From Moniliella sp. 'wahieum' (lineage: Eukaryota), in the NCBI GenBank assembly GCA_003971905.1, contig RSEE01000003.1, positions 434,001-498,000 of the forward strand: 64,000 nucleotides of DNA, read 5' to 3'. Shown piece by piece: positions 12,234 to 24,383 of the stretch. The position numbers and the translations under genes are program-made. Under the pieces are notes generated by a model, which ran no database searches, had not been told where the DNA came from, and worked only from the letters and a program-made list of their open reading frames with translations. How positions within the stretch are numbered: the first letter of the stretch is position 1; every line of letters starts with the position of its first letter.

Positions 12234-12262
12234 TTAACCCTAGCTGAATACGCCAGGGTTAA
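12234..12262. promoter_or_regulatory. Inverted telomere-like motif TTAACCCT-N13-AGGGTTAA upstream of RPL7 (candidate Tbf1/Myb-type site)
   Basis: 8-bp perfect inverted repeat about 130 bp upstream of the RPL7 ATG; function inferred. Confidence 0.4.
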
Positions 12263-12391
12263 ACGGAGGAGTGTGCCCCTATGCCCAGTTGACTCTCCAA
12301 GGCAGGCTTGAGGTGGGCATCGTCAAACCGGAAGAACGCTCGGCAGACAAGAGCAACCCTTGTCCCTCAACCTCCGACACACCCCGACAAG

Positions 12392-13398
12392 ATGGCCACG
12401 ACGGTTCCTTCTCACGAGTCCATCCTTCGCCCTGAGGCGATTGCCAAGCAGGCTGCCGCCCAGGACGCCGTCAAGGCTGAGCTCGCCGCCAAGGCCGCTG
12501 AGGCCAAGAAGGTAAGCCATGCTTCCTGCAATGTGGGACGGGCCCACGCACCCTTCATTTGACCATGATGGGCACACGGCAATGAAAGCCGGGGGCTATG
12601 ATGCATAACAACCACTTTGATGGCTAGCCTTATTTTGCGATGCTGCCTCAATATCATACCATCTTTCGGGTCTGAGCCACTTGCCCCCGGACGCACCGGT
12701 GCCTGTCCCATCCCTGACATTCTTGCGAGTATACATGGGATTGAGGCTGATGTGTTGATTCTTTTCAGGCTGCCAAGGAGACGCGCGAGAAGATCCTGAA
12801 GCGCAACGAGGCGTACATTGCCGAGTACGCTGCTGCGGATGCTGAGGAGATCAAGAACCGCCGCGTGGCAAAGGCTGCTGGCGACTTCTACGTCCCTGCC
12901 CAGCCCAAGGTGGTCTTCGTGGTCCGCCTTCGTGGTATCTGCAACATCCCCCCTAAGCCCCGCAAGATCATGCAGCTGCTCCCGCCTCATCCAAGTGAAC
13001 AACGGCGTGTTTATTAAGCTCACCAAGGCTACGGCCCAGATGCTGCAGCTGATCGAGCCCTACGTTACGTACGGCACTCCTTCGCTCGCCACCATTCGCT
13101 TGCTGCTCTACAAGCGTGGCTACGCCAAGATCAACGGCCAGCGCTTGCCTCTGTCGGACAACAAGCTGATCCAATCTCGCTTGAGCAAACTTGGCTTCCT
13201 CTCCGTGAGGACCTCGTCCATGAGATTTACACGGCTGGCCCCCACTTTAAGCAGGTCACGACCTTCCTCTGGCCCTTCAAGCTGTCCAACCCTACCGGTG
13301 GCTTCCGTGCCCGCAAGCTTAAGCACTTCGTTGAGAACAACGGTGACACTGGCGACCGCGAGCACTTCATGCCTGCCCTCATCAAGCGCATGGCTTGA
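12392..13398 (+). CDS. RPL7: 60S ribosomal protein L7 (uL30)
   Basis: [12 protein letters not shown]..., intron 12512-12768 (gtaagc..gctgat..cag), then [70 protein letters not shown] at 13396-13398. Small indels present. Confidence 0.97.
12594..12678 (+). ncRNA. Intronic box C/D snoRNA (snR39/snR39B family) guiding 2'-O-methylation of LSU rRNA
   Basis: Box C variant ATGATGC 12598-12604; box D CTGA 12672-12675; guide ACCATCTTTCGGGT 12658-12671 is complementary to conserved LSU rRNA ACCCGAAAGAUGGU; terminal stems GGC/GCC and CCGGGGGC (12589-12596)/GCCCCCGG (12683-12690). Confidence 0.9.
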
Positions 13399-14145
13399 TG
13401 CGTTTGGTTCATACTTACCATTGAATCCGCATCCTTCTACTGGCTAGTTTCTTGCCTTTGGGCGATACGCTTACCAGCCTCATCTGCCTCGTGACCGCGG
13501 TCCCGGGCCGCAGTCCAAAATATGCCTGGGTCAGGCCAGGCTGGGCAATCCATGTCCTCCGTTGTCATGCATTGCTATGATCCCCACGAGGAAGTTAAAC
13601 GCTGAGGTTAGCAAGTAGCATGGAATCAGGATTGAGTTGGAAATTACAAGAGAGGTATCACCGTCGCTTGAGAGTAGTCTTATGAGCTTCTCAAAACCAC
13701 CCACACTCAGAGTGAGCAGTCAGTCTCAACACCCTTCATATTTTCGGCCGCATGAGGGGCGTCTTGCTGCTGTTCTCGTATGCTGATTTGCTCACGAATG
13801 CCCTTGTCATACTCAAGATTCTCACCGTCGGCGAGGCCGCCAGATTTAATGAGAGTAGTCATGCTTGAGCACGAGGAAACGCGGGCGACGTAGAGCTGGT
13901 CATGGGTAGCCGGTAACCGGCAAACAGGGATGGAAGAGGTGATGTACCATTTGACTTGAACTGCTTCATTAGTGCAGGAGTACATTTTGATGCAGCATGC
14001 AAAAGTAGGCTACAATTTCAATTGCTCCACCGCCACATACAATGCCACTGCCAGACCAGGGAGGGGCCGCAAGACGCTCATCCCTGCGCACTGTTGGCGG
14101 CAGGGGCAACCGCCACCACCCATTGCCGGCATCTGGCATCACCAA

Positions 14146-16378
14146 TGGCTTCATTCATGCCCTCCGTACCTACCACACCTAGGACTAGAAGCGCATGTGA
14201 CGGTGCATGCGCCTCAGCTACCCTGTATGTCCGGATCTCCTCAAAAGTCTCTATTACTGCGTGGTATACGTCGTGTGGTTTTGTGCCATGGCAGAGTATG
14301 CATTGCTCGTCGGCAACAAACAAATCCGCTGACTGCAGTTTGCAGCTCGCTGGACACATCCCACTTGCCTAAGAATCAATCCCTAGTGGAATCTGCAGCT
14401 TTTCGTGGGCCCCAAGAATGGGCCAGACGTCGAACCCGGGTGACAACTTCGACCTGATGAGCAGTGCAAGTCACAAGCTCAGCAACACCACCTCCAGCAC
14501 TACTATCTCTTCCGCCATTCTGACTGATTATCTATACAGCATCAACTTTGACCCTTATTTTGGTCGAAGGGAAAACCAACGACAACAAAAACTCTTTCCT
14601 CTTCCCCACTGCCCCCTTGGAACCATGCATGCGACAGCGAGTCTGCCCTCCATGACCCCATTGGTGGGCAAGATGATGCACGATCCAAAGAGCAAACTGG
14701 TGGGGGCTCTGTTTCAACAATTACACGGTGTGGACAACTCATTCCACGAGACATCGGTACACCATCATCTACACCCGACGTGACCCCTACAAACTTGGCA
14801 ACTACATCCCTGGATGACCCTGTTCCAGGACGGCAAGCCTCATTGCTAGGCCATGATCAATTGTTGAATCAAACAGGCTTCCACCGGGACTCTCACACCT
14901 CCCCAGCTCAAACCCCTTCCCATTCACAAAACAGACCCAGTACTCTGGACTTACATTCTAGTCCACTAAGCTGGAAGGACGAGGGGTTGCAACAATGGAT
15001 GGGAAAACCGCCTTCACCGGAGGGTGGGGAAAAAGCTTTTATTCCTCCCCGAATCTTACAAATAGGGACTTCATCTCGTCCAAGGTACCTCAGCGCTTTC
15101 GCAGCCTTTATTGGCCACGACCTCTCAAGGACTTCCAATACGCCCCGAATTAAAGAAGCTGGGGAACAGAGTCAAAGGGTCAGATCGTCGGAGTCAGCGC
15201 CATCTCCTTCATCTTGCTCCCCCGCAACAAAGTGGTTAGACTGTAATCCACGACCAATTATGAAGGAGGGGGTAACACGCCCAGGTCATCAAACCTCTCA
15301 GGCCCAGGAAACCACTCCCCACTTCATGCTCCAACTTCTCTCCCTCTCCCTCGCCCTCTGCCCACTCCTCCTGACAATTCTCCAGCCCCAACTTACAAAG
15401 CCAAAGACCAATATCTCAGGAAAGCATGCACATCCACATAAGGCCAATCCGGGAGGACTTGAAGACCTTTTAGAGGTCGGCCCGAGTCTATCGAACCCTC
15501 CAAGTTTGATGATGAATTATCGCCCGCATAGGGGCGAGTGGCGCCCAACGGAGCTCCCTGAGTCCCTCATTCCGCCTCTTCCAGCGTCAGTCAGTATTGG
15601 ACAGACGGGTGGGGACGGTGCGCAGTGTGTGTCACCCCCCTTATCAGGTCCGCAAGCGGGCACAGAGCAGTAAAGATGGTAACCATCGCAGGAGTGGACG
15701 TACATCCTGAATGTTTGACCTGCTCAACATGCCGTTTGCCCATCGATGAAGCGCAATCATTCATTCGGGTTCCTAATGTGGGGATCACCTCGCTTTTCTC
15801 ATTCATTTTGTACTACGCCGGCTCAGAGGGGCATCCTACTTTCCCCACAGAGTTTCCCGATCAGCGTATACCCCTTCTTCTTTCCCATAGGGAGGGGCTT
15901 CCTTCCCTATCTTCTGGCACGCTGGCCGACCTGGCTTTAAATTGTCAGCCTGCCAATACCCCCATCCGTCAGTTTCATCCCACTGCTGGGGCTGCCCCAC
16001 CCATCCGTTCTGCACTTTTCGGGATGCGGGAAGAGACAGCGATTGATCACCATTCACTCCCACAGCCGATGCAAGTCCAATCCTACCATGGACATGTTAA
16101 GTTCTGACAAGGGCAGAAAAGTATATGGAGGGATGACCCCCTGCTTCCTGTGCCAGGGAATGCTCACTGGGTTGGAAGGTGTACCGGGCCCAAAGGGGAC
16201 ACGCTGTCACAAGGCATGCCTCGTTTGTTCGGGCACCTTGGTCACTGGCAAGCTCTGTTGCAAGCCTCTCGATTCGGGCGCAAAGCTCGACGCAGATGGC
16301 AAGGTTTTCTGTCGGGAGTGCTTCGACAGAGGCCAGCGGGCTATCCGGGCCACACGTAGTGCATCTGCTACATTCTAG
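14146..16378 (+). CDS. LIM zinc-finger domain protein with long Pro/Ser-rich disordered middle; start approximate
   Basis: C-terminal LIM signatures: C..TPL...TIAGVDVHPECLTCSTCRLPI and CFLCQGMLTGLEGVPGPKGTRCHKACLVC...CCKPLDSGA...VFCRECFD. Confidence 0.65.
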
Positions 16379-16561
16379 TCTCACATGTCGTAGTCTCTCC
16401 ATCGGTGGGTATACGCCCGGCTTTTGTGTACGCTGCTCTACTCTGGACGGTACTCTGTCCCATATGACCGAGCTGCGGCACGATAATCATCTTATCCCTC
16501 CACTGCCGGCCTGTCTACGGAAGCAGGGTATGTAACAAGTCATGAGGTCCGATCAGGCAGT

Positions 16562-17185
16562 TTACTTGGTGTGCACAATGCGCAGCTTGCCGGGCGAGTA
16601 GCTGTAGTTGGCTGCATAGCTCTTGGGCGGGATACGCGAGACGTGAGGCTCCTGGACAAAGAAGGGCCATCCTGATGGGGCACAGCCAAGTTAGTGAGAT
16701 ACTCCCCGCGGCTGTAGCTGCATTCCACGCGTCGAACAATAGAACGTACCTTGCTTTTCGCAGAAGTGGATGGCATCTTCCTTGGTCTTGAATTTCATGC
16801 TGGTACCTTGCATGTAATCAGCAGAGGAAGCCCAACCCATCAGCGGGTTCTCCCACCGCCCCGAGCCCTGGAGAATGTCCCAATCCACCCGCCAGGTCGC
16901 AGTGCCAGCTTTGCCGGACGTAGTGGCGGATTTGTTAGGGCGGAAGATGCGCACAGGGCGCTGCGCCAGCTCGGGGGGTGCATCGCTCACCATATCGGCA
17001 GTGTGAGCTTGGGCGAGGCGCGCCTCCTGCTCTGCAGCCAGGTCACGCTCACCGGTCTTGCCAGACACAGCGAGGGAGGTCTGGCCAGGACCAGCCTTGC
17101 CGATGAAAGAAGCACGAGCACTGGTACTGAGGCTGCGTGCCGAGGTGCGCGCTACCTGCATCCGCAGGGCCGAAGCAAAGAGCAT
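16562..17185 (-). CDS. NDUFS4: NADH:ubiquinone oxidoreductase 18-kDa subunit (NDUFS4)
   Basis: Presequence, then RPVRIFRPNKSATTSG, RWENPLMGWASSADYMQG, FKTKEDAIHFCEKQG; intron 16749-16672; last exon GWPFFVQEPHVSRIPPKSYAANYSYSPGKLRIVHTK*. Confidence 0.97.
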
Positions 17186-17410
17186 GGTGGGGTGGGGATG
17201 GCGCAGATGAAGGAGGCGCTGGTGGGGCTGCTAGAGCAAGCAGGGTGTGCGATGGGCCAGGTGCCGGCCACGGCTGCCCTGACTGTGGCCTGGTGCGCAG
17301 GTGCATTTCTAAGCTTTCTAACCTGCAGGTTGTCGGTGGGATGACGAAGTGGTGATACACCAATTCCGCCAACCGGAACCAACGGCTTTCTCATGCCAAC
17401 GCGAACACCC

Positions 17411-17445
17411 TGACGCATGATCTATGATCGATGATTGATGATCGG
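17411..17445. repeat. 7-nt-period array TGA-CGCA-TGA-TCTA-TGA-TCGA-TGA-TTGA-TGA-TCGG upstream of NDUFS4
   Basis: Five TGA triplets at exact 7-nt spacing. Confidence 0.8.
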
Positions 17446-18375
17446 CCTGATCGGCTTTGCTCCACAGGGGTTATTGCAGCCGGATATCGACCCCACAGTT
17501 GTGCGGTTGTAGCAGCAGCGAGTGTTCTTGCTGAGCTTCGCCAGGCCCCTGCCCCCCAGCTCTCTTGCTTCTAGTATCCCCTACGCACCTGGCTCTGGTC
17601 TATTCGGATCATTCTTGCTTCCCGCCAGCGGCCGTTGTTAGCGATGAGGACGTGCCCCGTTCGATTGGCAAAAATACTAAACGCGCACCCACATCGGCAA
17701 AAAAACTAGGTTTGTGCTCGTTTGCGTTCTCCCTGAACACTGAGAAGACAGAAACGGCTAGGAGGACAGAATTGAAGCCATGGTAGAGACTAAAACTCCA
17801 TTGGAGACCAAAGCTGTTTCTCTCGTCTCCAACTTGCCTCACGAGGAGAGAGAGGCATAGCGGGGTGGGTCTTGGTGCGTTGCCATGAATCGCAGTAATT
17901 CGCTGACACAGTATCTACAGCACAGCCAGTAGAGCACAGACAGCCAGCACTGAAGAAAGACCCTGCGAATTCCCGTTTGTTGGCCATGACTTCCAGTAGG
18001 AAGATATTTTACTCGCCACAGCACAAAGAGGGCCAGGACGTCAGTGAGATCCAAGCTCATGCCCTGGATCTTCCCTACATCGATAAATTGGTGCACGAGC
18101 ATGCCCGGCACCCCGCGGCCAGCATGGTCACAGAGTGCGGGACGAGAGCCGCGTGTATTGACTGACGATAGAGAGGAAGGAAAAAAGAGCCGAAAAGACC
18201 CACATTGGCGGCCTTAAGTACAAGATGGTCCCATTCGTGCGGTATGTGGTCAAGTAAACGTTAAACCGTGGGCAGGTACGCAGAAAGGAGTCTGAAGAAG
18301 AGAGCGCAGGGTGGCCACACGGGGCGCACACAAGCACAAATAAAAGCTTGCGGCATCGACATCCAGCATCCCCCA

Positions 18376-18535
18376 TGATGCATGATGCATGAACAACGCA
18401 TGATGCGAACAAAACCTGGGGGTCTATGCTTTGCTTTCCCATTGTGAAGCTTTCAGTGTGCGCAGTGCCTCATCGATCATCGATCATCGATCATCATACA
18501 TCACTTGCATCACGTGCAACGCATGTCACATGTCA
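18376..18535. repeat. Cluster of 7-nt-period palindromic arrays: (TGA-TGCA)n 18376-18392, (TCA-TCGA)x3 18470-18493, CATG-TCA-CATG-TCA 18522-18535
   Basis: Read directly from the sequence. Confidence 0.85.
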
Positions 18536-19309
18536 CACCTGGTCGCCAGAAGCCATATTTTCTCCGCCGGCTTCATCTCCACCTTGGGACATCTCCATAA
18601 AGTGACATCTCCGCTCTCCGCCCTCACCGATTCGATACTCCTCCATGATCTTTCCCCGTCGGTGAGGAGGTCCCATGCTCACCACACCGCTACCATCGGC
18701 ATCAGCGATTCATCCATCAATAATCATTCTGCGCCTAGCTTTTATTCGGCTTATTTATCGCGTTACGCGTTAATCGACCATCGACGTGCTGTGTCTACCG
18801 GCCCGGTCGATGCGGGTTGAAACGAAGCGGGAGGAGAGGGGCAAAAACAAGCTAGGAGATATATACAGAGAGCGGACAATCCCGGAACGTGACGTGTATT
18901 GTCACGCGTGATGCGTGATGAGTGATGCGTGATGCCATATGAAATCGAGCATTGGCGAACGGTGACCGGTGAGTATGTGCATGTGAGCCGAGTCAGAGCA
19001 CAGGAGACTGGCGCCGTGCGGCCGCGCTTGAAAGCTGGCGCTTGCATTCAAGCAGTGGAGTTAGCGAGCTTATTTACTCCGAGGTCGCATGGGGCCAGTC
19101 TTTACCCCGGGTGGCACCTGCGCCTCCCCCACAAGTAGGGGCGCGACGCATTATAGACCCAGCGCCTCATAACGGGCATCGTTTTCTCCGCCCCTCGCAC
19201 CACTCTTAAAGACCTGGCGCTCGTACCCTCGTGGGCTCCGCGCACATCGCATTCCTCGCCCCCCCCATTCCGACTGCACGGCCTGCACCAGCCCCACTCC
19301 CCGCCCCAA

Positions 19310-19612
19310 ATGTCCCTCCTCCGCTCGTCCCAATTCAAGACGGTGGCCACGCTTTTCCCCCTCCCGCAAGCCGTTGTCCGCGTCCGGCTCCCAGACCGTG
19401 GAGCGCAGTACTTCATCCAAAGCCGCGAGGACGCCGTAGAACGGGTGGCGCCATCCTTGGCAGGCATGGCTCTGCCGTTCGACGGCTCAGTTATGCCTCC
19501 TCTTACACCTCGGCCAACCAGCTCTCTCCCCATGCCTGAGCCCGAGCGATGTACCTATCTTCGCCAACCTCTCTCTCTCGCCCAGCTCCTAAGCGAGCAA
19601 CCTCAGAGCTGA
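19310..19612 (+). CDS. Small hypothetical protein (100 aa)
   Basis: Intact ATG-started ORF preceded by a pyrimidine/C-rich leader, isolated in a long intergenic region. No motif recognised. Confidence 0.35.
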   Translation: MSLLRSSQFKTVATLFPLPQAVVRVRLPDRGAQYFIQSREDAVERVAPSLAGMALPFDGSVMPPLTPRPTSSLPMPEPERCTYLRQPLSLAQLLSEQPQS

Positions 19613-20743
19613 TCGTTGAGCTCAACACCATCTAGCCAAATTTTTCATTTTCTCCTCCCCGCCCGTCCAACGTGATGGGGACGGGGTACGATCGTTGCAT
19701 TGCATCAAAAACGTACGCTTTTACGCGTCCCTGACGACTCACATTTTACTGTTCCCATCCGGCTCACGATTCGAGATGATCCTTGTCCTCATATTCCATC
19801 TCCCCGTCCAGTGCAGAGGTGGACCGTCCCCTTATTGGGGTCATGCTTGTTGATATATACCTGTCTTTGAGGTACGTTTGTTTGATCATACGGGCCTCTT
19901 TTGAATCAAAACTGGCATACTGACAGTCCAATAACCCTTTGTGCAGCTCCATTCACCGGCCGTTCACCCCCATTTGTGCCCTTTCTGTGTGCCAAAACCC
20001 TGCCATCTTTGCTTATGGTGGCTCTTGCGATTCAATCTCGCTCCATGTGTGTATTTCAATAAGGGGGGAGGGGAAGGAGCAGCGCGGTTTGTTATCTGTT
20101 GTGGCCCATCGTGTTCGCCAATGCCATTAACTGTGTATACTATTGGGGAGGTATCTCATATTCCAGAGGGGGGGTTATAGAGTGTAATGGACAAGTCAAG
20201 AAAGAGATGCAAGTTGGTGCTGCAGGAGGGCGCCGATTGGTTCATTTTGCCACCTTGTATTCAGAGCGTCAATCATGATGCATGACAACCACACGCAAAC
20301 GCTACCCACCTCCAGACGTTAGAGGCAAACTGACCTGATCGAAACGAGTAGTATATATGGTACCGAGTACGAACAAGTACTGGTGCTCAGTTCTTACCCC
20401 ACATGAACCCCTGTCGTAGAGTTAAAATGGTAATCTCGGATCCCACATATGTCATCTTTTCTTCTCTCTGGTTCACTGCATTATATCATTTGCAAAGCTT
20501 CAGACGCAGGGGTATAGAAACACTGCGCCTACCAAGTTCGGGCCTCATCGGCTCATCCTAAAGAAGCTCCGCCTGAGCACAATCATTAATCAGCGGGCTG
20601 ATCACCATCCCTTTTGATATTGTTTGCCCGACTGGGTAGTGCTTGTATCTGCCTGTTCTTCTATCTTACTACAACTAGTCGAGAAATATGGAGGATGCGT
20701 AAGGAAGAGTGACAATGTGGCGTAGGACATAGACAGACGGCAT

Positions 20744-22589
20744 CTACTGAACGGGGTAAAAGATGACGGCGCCGAAGTGCCGGACAGCGAACGCGAATAC
20801 ACTCCCGCAGCACTGGACCAGCATGAGGAGGAAAAACAGATCCTTTTCCCCGATCCATGGACCTACTACTTCCCCTTCCTTGACGGGGGAGAAAGGCGCC
20901 TTCTCCCCAGGCTGCACCATAGGGCCCTTCACTCCAGCGAAGACCAGGACCGCATTGATGATTGTGAGATTGGTCGTCCCCACCACTTGCCCTTGTGGGT
21001 TACGAAGCAGACGAACGAGTCTGAGACGTTCGCAAAGAGTAAGGAATAGGCTTGCTACCAAACCTGCATGGGTTTGGGGAAGCCACGCAACCGATGAAGG
21101 GAATACTCGAACCCTACCATCTTCGACGGATACCCTGGGCACACGATGACGTGGAATAGGCACGAGACCAAACAGCTGGGGGCAAGAGAACAGGAAGTTA
21201 AGACTTGAGGGATAAAAAAGAGAAGAAGAGTTTTGCTAAAGTGTCCCAGGATGCCAACCGAGGCCAAAACTTGGCCCGCAAAGTAGCAAATGTATCGCCA
21301 ACGAAGACGCGAGAAGGGTAGCTGGGGCATAGTCAGTACCAATGGAGGATCAGACCTAACGGTAGGGGGTGGAGACACACCGGTTGTAGTAGAGTAACGC
21401 GACGCATGTCCCCACGAAGGGGAGCAAAATGTAAAGGCTGAAGAGGTGACGCTGGACTAATTCGACACTGGATTTAGACCCACCCATCCCGGCGCGTGTG
21501 TCGAGGTAGAGCAAGTCGTTGGCACACACGCTTAGTGCAATCACCAATGCTTGTCCTACCTCGACTCCATTGATGCCGGCAAGAATGTTAATAGAGTTGG
21601 TACAGAAAATGGAGAGCATGGTGATGTACAGGTAGTACAGGACACCAAGATCGACAAGGGCCGCGCCGCTTTCTCCTGGGAAATAAGAACGGAGGCAGGA
21701 CGGAACGACAATGTGTGTACCACCCCCTCCCGCAAAGTAAACCATGAGCAAAGGGATGGAGGAGATCATGGGGATGGGGAGCTTGTGCCGCCAACGAATG
21801 TCGAACACGTCGTCCAAAAAGCCTAGCATAATGGCCGACAAGATGGATAGTAGAGCTGAAAGGAACGTGGCCAACTAGTTTGGGTGAGCGTAAGGCAGAG
21901 AGAGAGAAAAGAACGCACCTGATGATGTGGAAAATCTTGTCGGCCACTCATGCGGCCGCTCCATCCGCCATCAGGTTGCAGCCGGGTAAGCGATTCGAGC
22001 GCCTCAGATCCAACAGTGCGATTTTGATCCACTCATACAACTGCTCTTGATCTTGTGGGGCTAACCCCACTCCGAGGAGGCCACGTACAGCCTCTCTCTT
22101 AGACATGTGGCCAGCCCCCGGCGAGGCGACTGGGAACGTCTCTTCCACGTAACGGCATGGAATGAATATAAACAAAAGCAGCATGTATAGACACGCTGCA
22201 GGCAGACCCAGCATCTCGGGGCTAAGACGGTCAGTATCAACCTGCAATAGTGGCCGGTGAACAGAGTACATACATCTTTGTGGTTACCCCTGGCTTCAGC
22301 AAGTCCCGCCCAAAGAAGCCTCGTTCCAGAAAGTGCTCATCGTAGCACGGATCCCAACACCAACAATCCATGCCGCCACGATGGCCAGTCCAAATGAAGG
22401 CAGGAGCCCAGGAAGCTGGTTGTCTGTGCAATCCAGGGTTCCGCCGCTTCGAGCACCGAGGCAGGTAGTACCCGCCACACTGGCGAGCGCGACACAAGGG
22501 GAAGCGCGATCAGAGGCACAGCAAACGTCAGACTGAAGACAGCAAGAAAGAACAGTCCGAAGTTATGCGGCGTGGCCCTTCTCCTCCAT
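20744..22589 (-). CDS. ALG7: UDP-GlcNAc:dolichyl-phosphate GlcNAc-1-phosphate transferase (GPT/DPAGT1); introns and frameshifts, start approximate
   Basis: [87 protein letters not shown]. Confidence 0.96.
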
Positions 22590-22987
22590 TAGGTGGAGGC
22601 TCGGACGTTGGCGCCAGACGCCTGACCTCGGCGCTAGACATGGTGGTGGCATGCAGCAGTAACTACTCTGACTGACTTAAATTGGGGCAGCTTTCCCGCT
22701 GTCTGGCCACGTGGCGCGTGGCCGCATACGTAATCCAGCTGTTGCCTCTCTATTCCATTTCCGTTGCTGTTTCCTTCAATCTGCAGTCTACGCAATCCGG
22801 TGCCCAGGCTCACACTCGTTCTGCGCCTGAGGCTCAGGCCTGAGGTCAGGCCCACACGTTCGTCCTCGCAGGGGTCTGCAAACGAATGGATAGACATGTC
22901 GCACTGGGTAACAGCTCGTGCCCGCAGATATGGGCTGGCCACACAAACGGCGAGAGCAAGCAACTCATTAGCCAGCAGTAGCTGCAA

Positions 22988-24383
22988 CTAAGTGTTTTGC
23001 GGCGTAGCCGGCGCGGATGACAACGTTGTCACCGGGGCCGCCTCCATATCCGTCTTGCTCACAGGAGGAGACGCGTCCTTACGCGTGTCCTCTGTAGTAG
23101 CAGGGGATGAAATCTTCTTCTCCTCTTGGTCCATCGGCGAAGGCGAAGCAAGACTCGCGGGGGCAGGTTGGTGTACGGACTTGCTAAGCGATTCACGCCC
23201 CATAAGCTGAGCATACGTAAAGGGCCGCGCACGCATCCAGCGCATCCGCGGCCCCGACCGTGCCCACTCGGACACGCGGAACCCATAGATCCGGGGTTGG
23301 TACACCCGCCACGTAGGCACCCGTCGACAACAGACTCGGAGGCAAATCCAGATCTTCGTAGCGGCCATCGGGGAACCCACCGAGCTCCCCTAAAGCTGAC
23401 TCGTTCACCCCATCTTCCTCCTCCACATCACTGCCCCCGGGGAGCGTCTCAGGGTCGGAGTCGGTTGCACTGCCATCGTTCGCATACGACTCCTCCTCCG
23501 AGCTTCGTCTCCTCCGCCGCCTCCGCAGAGAGAGAGAGCGATGGGACTCGATGCAAGATCTTTACAGGCTTGTGATCAGGTGCGGGAAAGTAGTGCCAAA
23601 GTAAATCCTGTACACAGACGGTCAGTTATATTCCTGATGCCAAGGGGAAGTATGGTAACATACCATCAATGCCATGGAATCGTGACGAGGAAGGGGTATA
23701 GAGGTCCATGCAGTTGGGGCAGAAAAGCTTAACTGTGTCGATACCCGGAGTGTCAGACCGGCCGCAAGGAAGCACAGGTTGGTCATCACAGTAGACGCGT
23801 GGGCAGCAGCCAAACACCCCGTCTTCCAGCTTGGCCACCATCTGCTGCATTCCCGGCGCAGTCAGGATGTACCTCTGGTGGATCATTCCGTACAGCAGCT
23901 CCGCCGATGACTCAACAATTGAAATGTCAGGGATCTGAGGAGAATCTTCTTCTGCAGTTATTGGTTACGGGTTAGTAGCCCACATATGCAGGGGAGGAAG
24001 ACAACCTGGCTCAATGTCGAGGATCATCTCCATCGCCTCGGTAGTAAGGTACAACAGCATTCAGCCCTGTCATGTTGAAATCATCCTCGATAAACTCTTC
24101 CGCCACCTCGGCGAGAAACTCGTGGCCTGCCAGGGAACAAACCAGGAGATCCATGTTAGAGACTCGGTGCCCGAGTCGGTAAGGGAATATTCATCTGCAG
24201 GCGAATTGTCAGTTTCCATCCGAGTTTCAAAGGGGGCCGCCCCGGTTTTCAAAAGGAGAAGGCATACCTTCGAGTTCATCCTCTTCGAGTTCTTGGGAGT
24301 CCGAGTCGTGAGAACGCACTCTCGGGGAGCATAGCTGGGCGAGGGATGGCAGCAGCAGATTCCGCGGGGGGAGCTGGGGCCAT
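22988..24383 (-). CDS. CKB1: Casein kinase II regulatory (beta) subunit
   Basis: SLTWISWF, EEFIEDDFNMTGL, SAELLYGMIHQRYILT, FGCCPRVYC...LPCGRSD...VKLFCPNCMDLY (zinc ribbon), YQPRIYGFRVS; three introns. Confidence 0.95.

Noticed and set aside
13411..13420. ATACTTACC resembling the U1 snRNA 5' end
   Set aside because: Lies 12 nt after the RPL7 stop in its 3' UTR; lacks the following TGG, the U1 stem-loops and an Sm site.
18622..18667. 9-bp hairpin CCTCACCGA...TCGGTGAGG with TTCGA nearby, considered as tRNA/ncRNA
   Set aside because: No cloverleaf, A/B box pair or terminator; a single short stem is insufficient.
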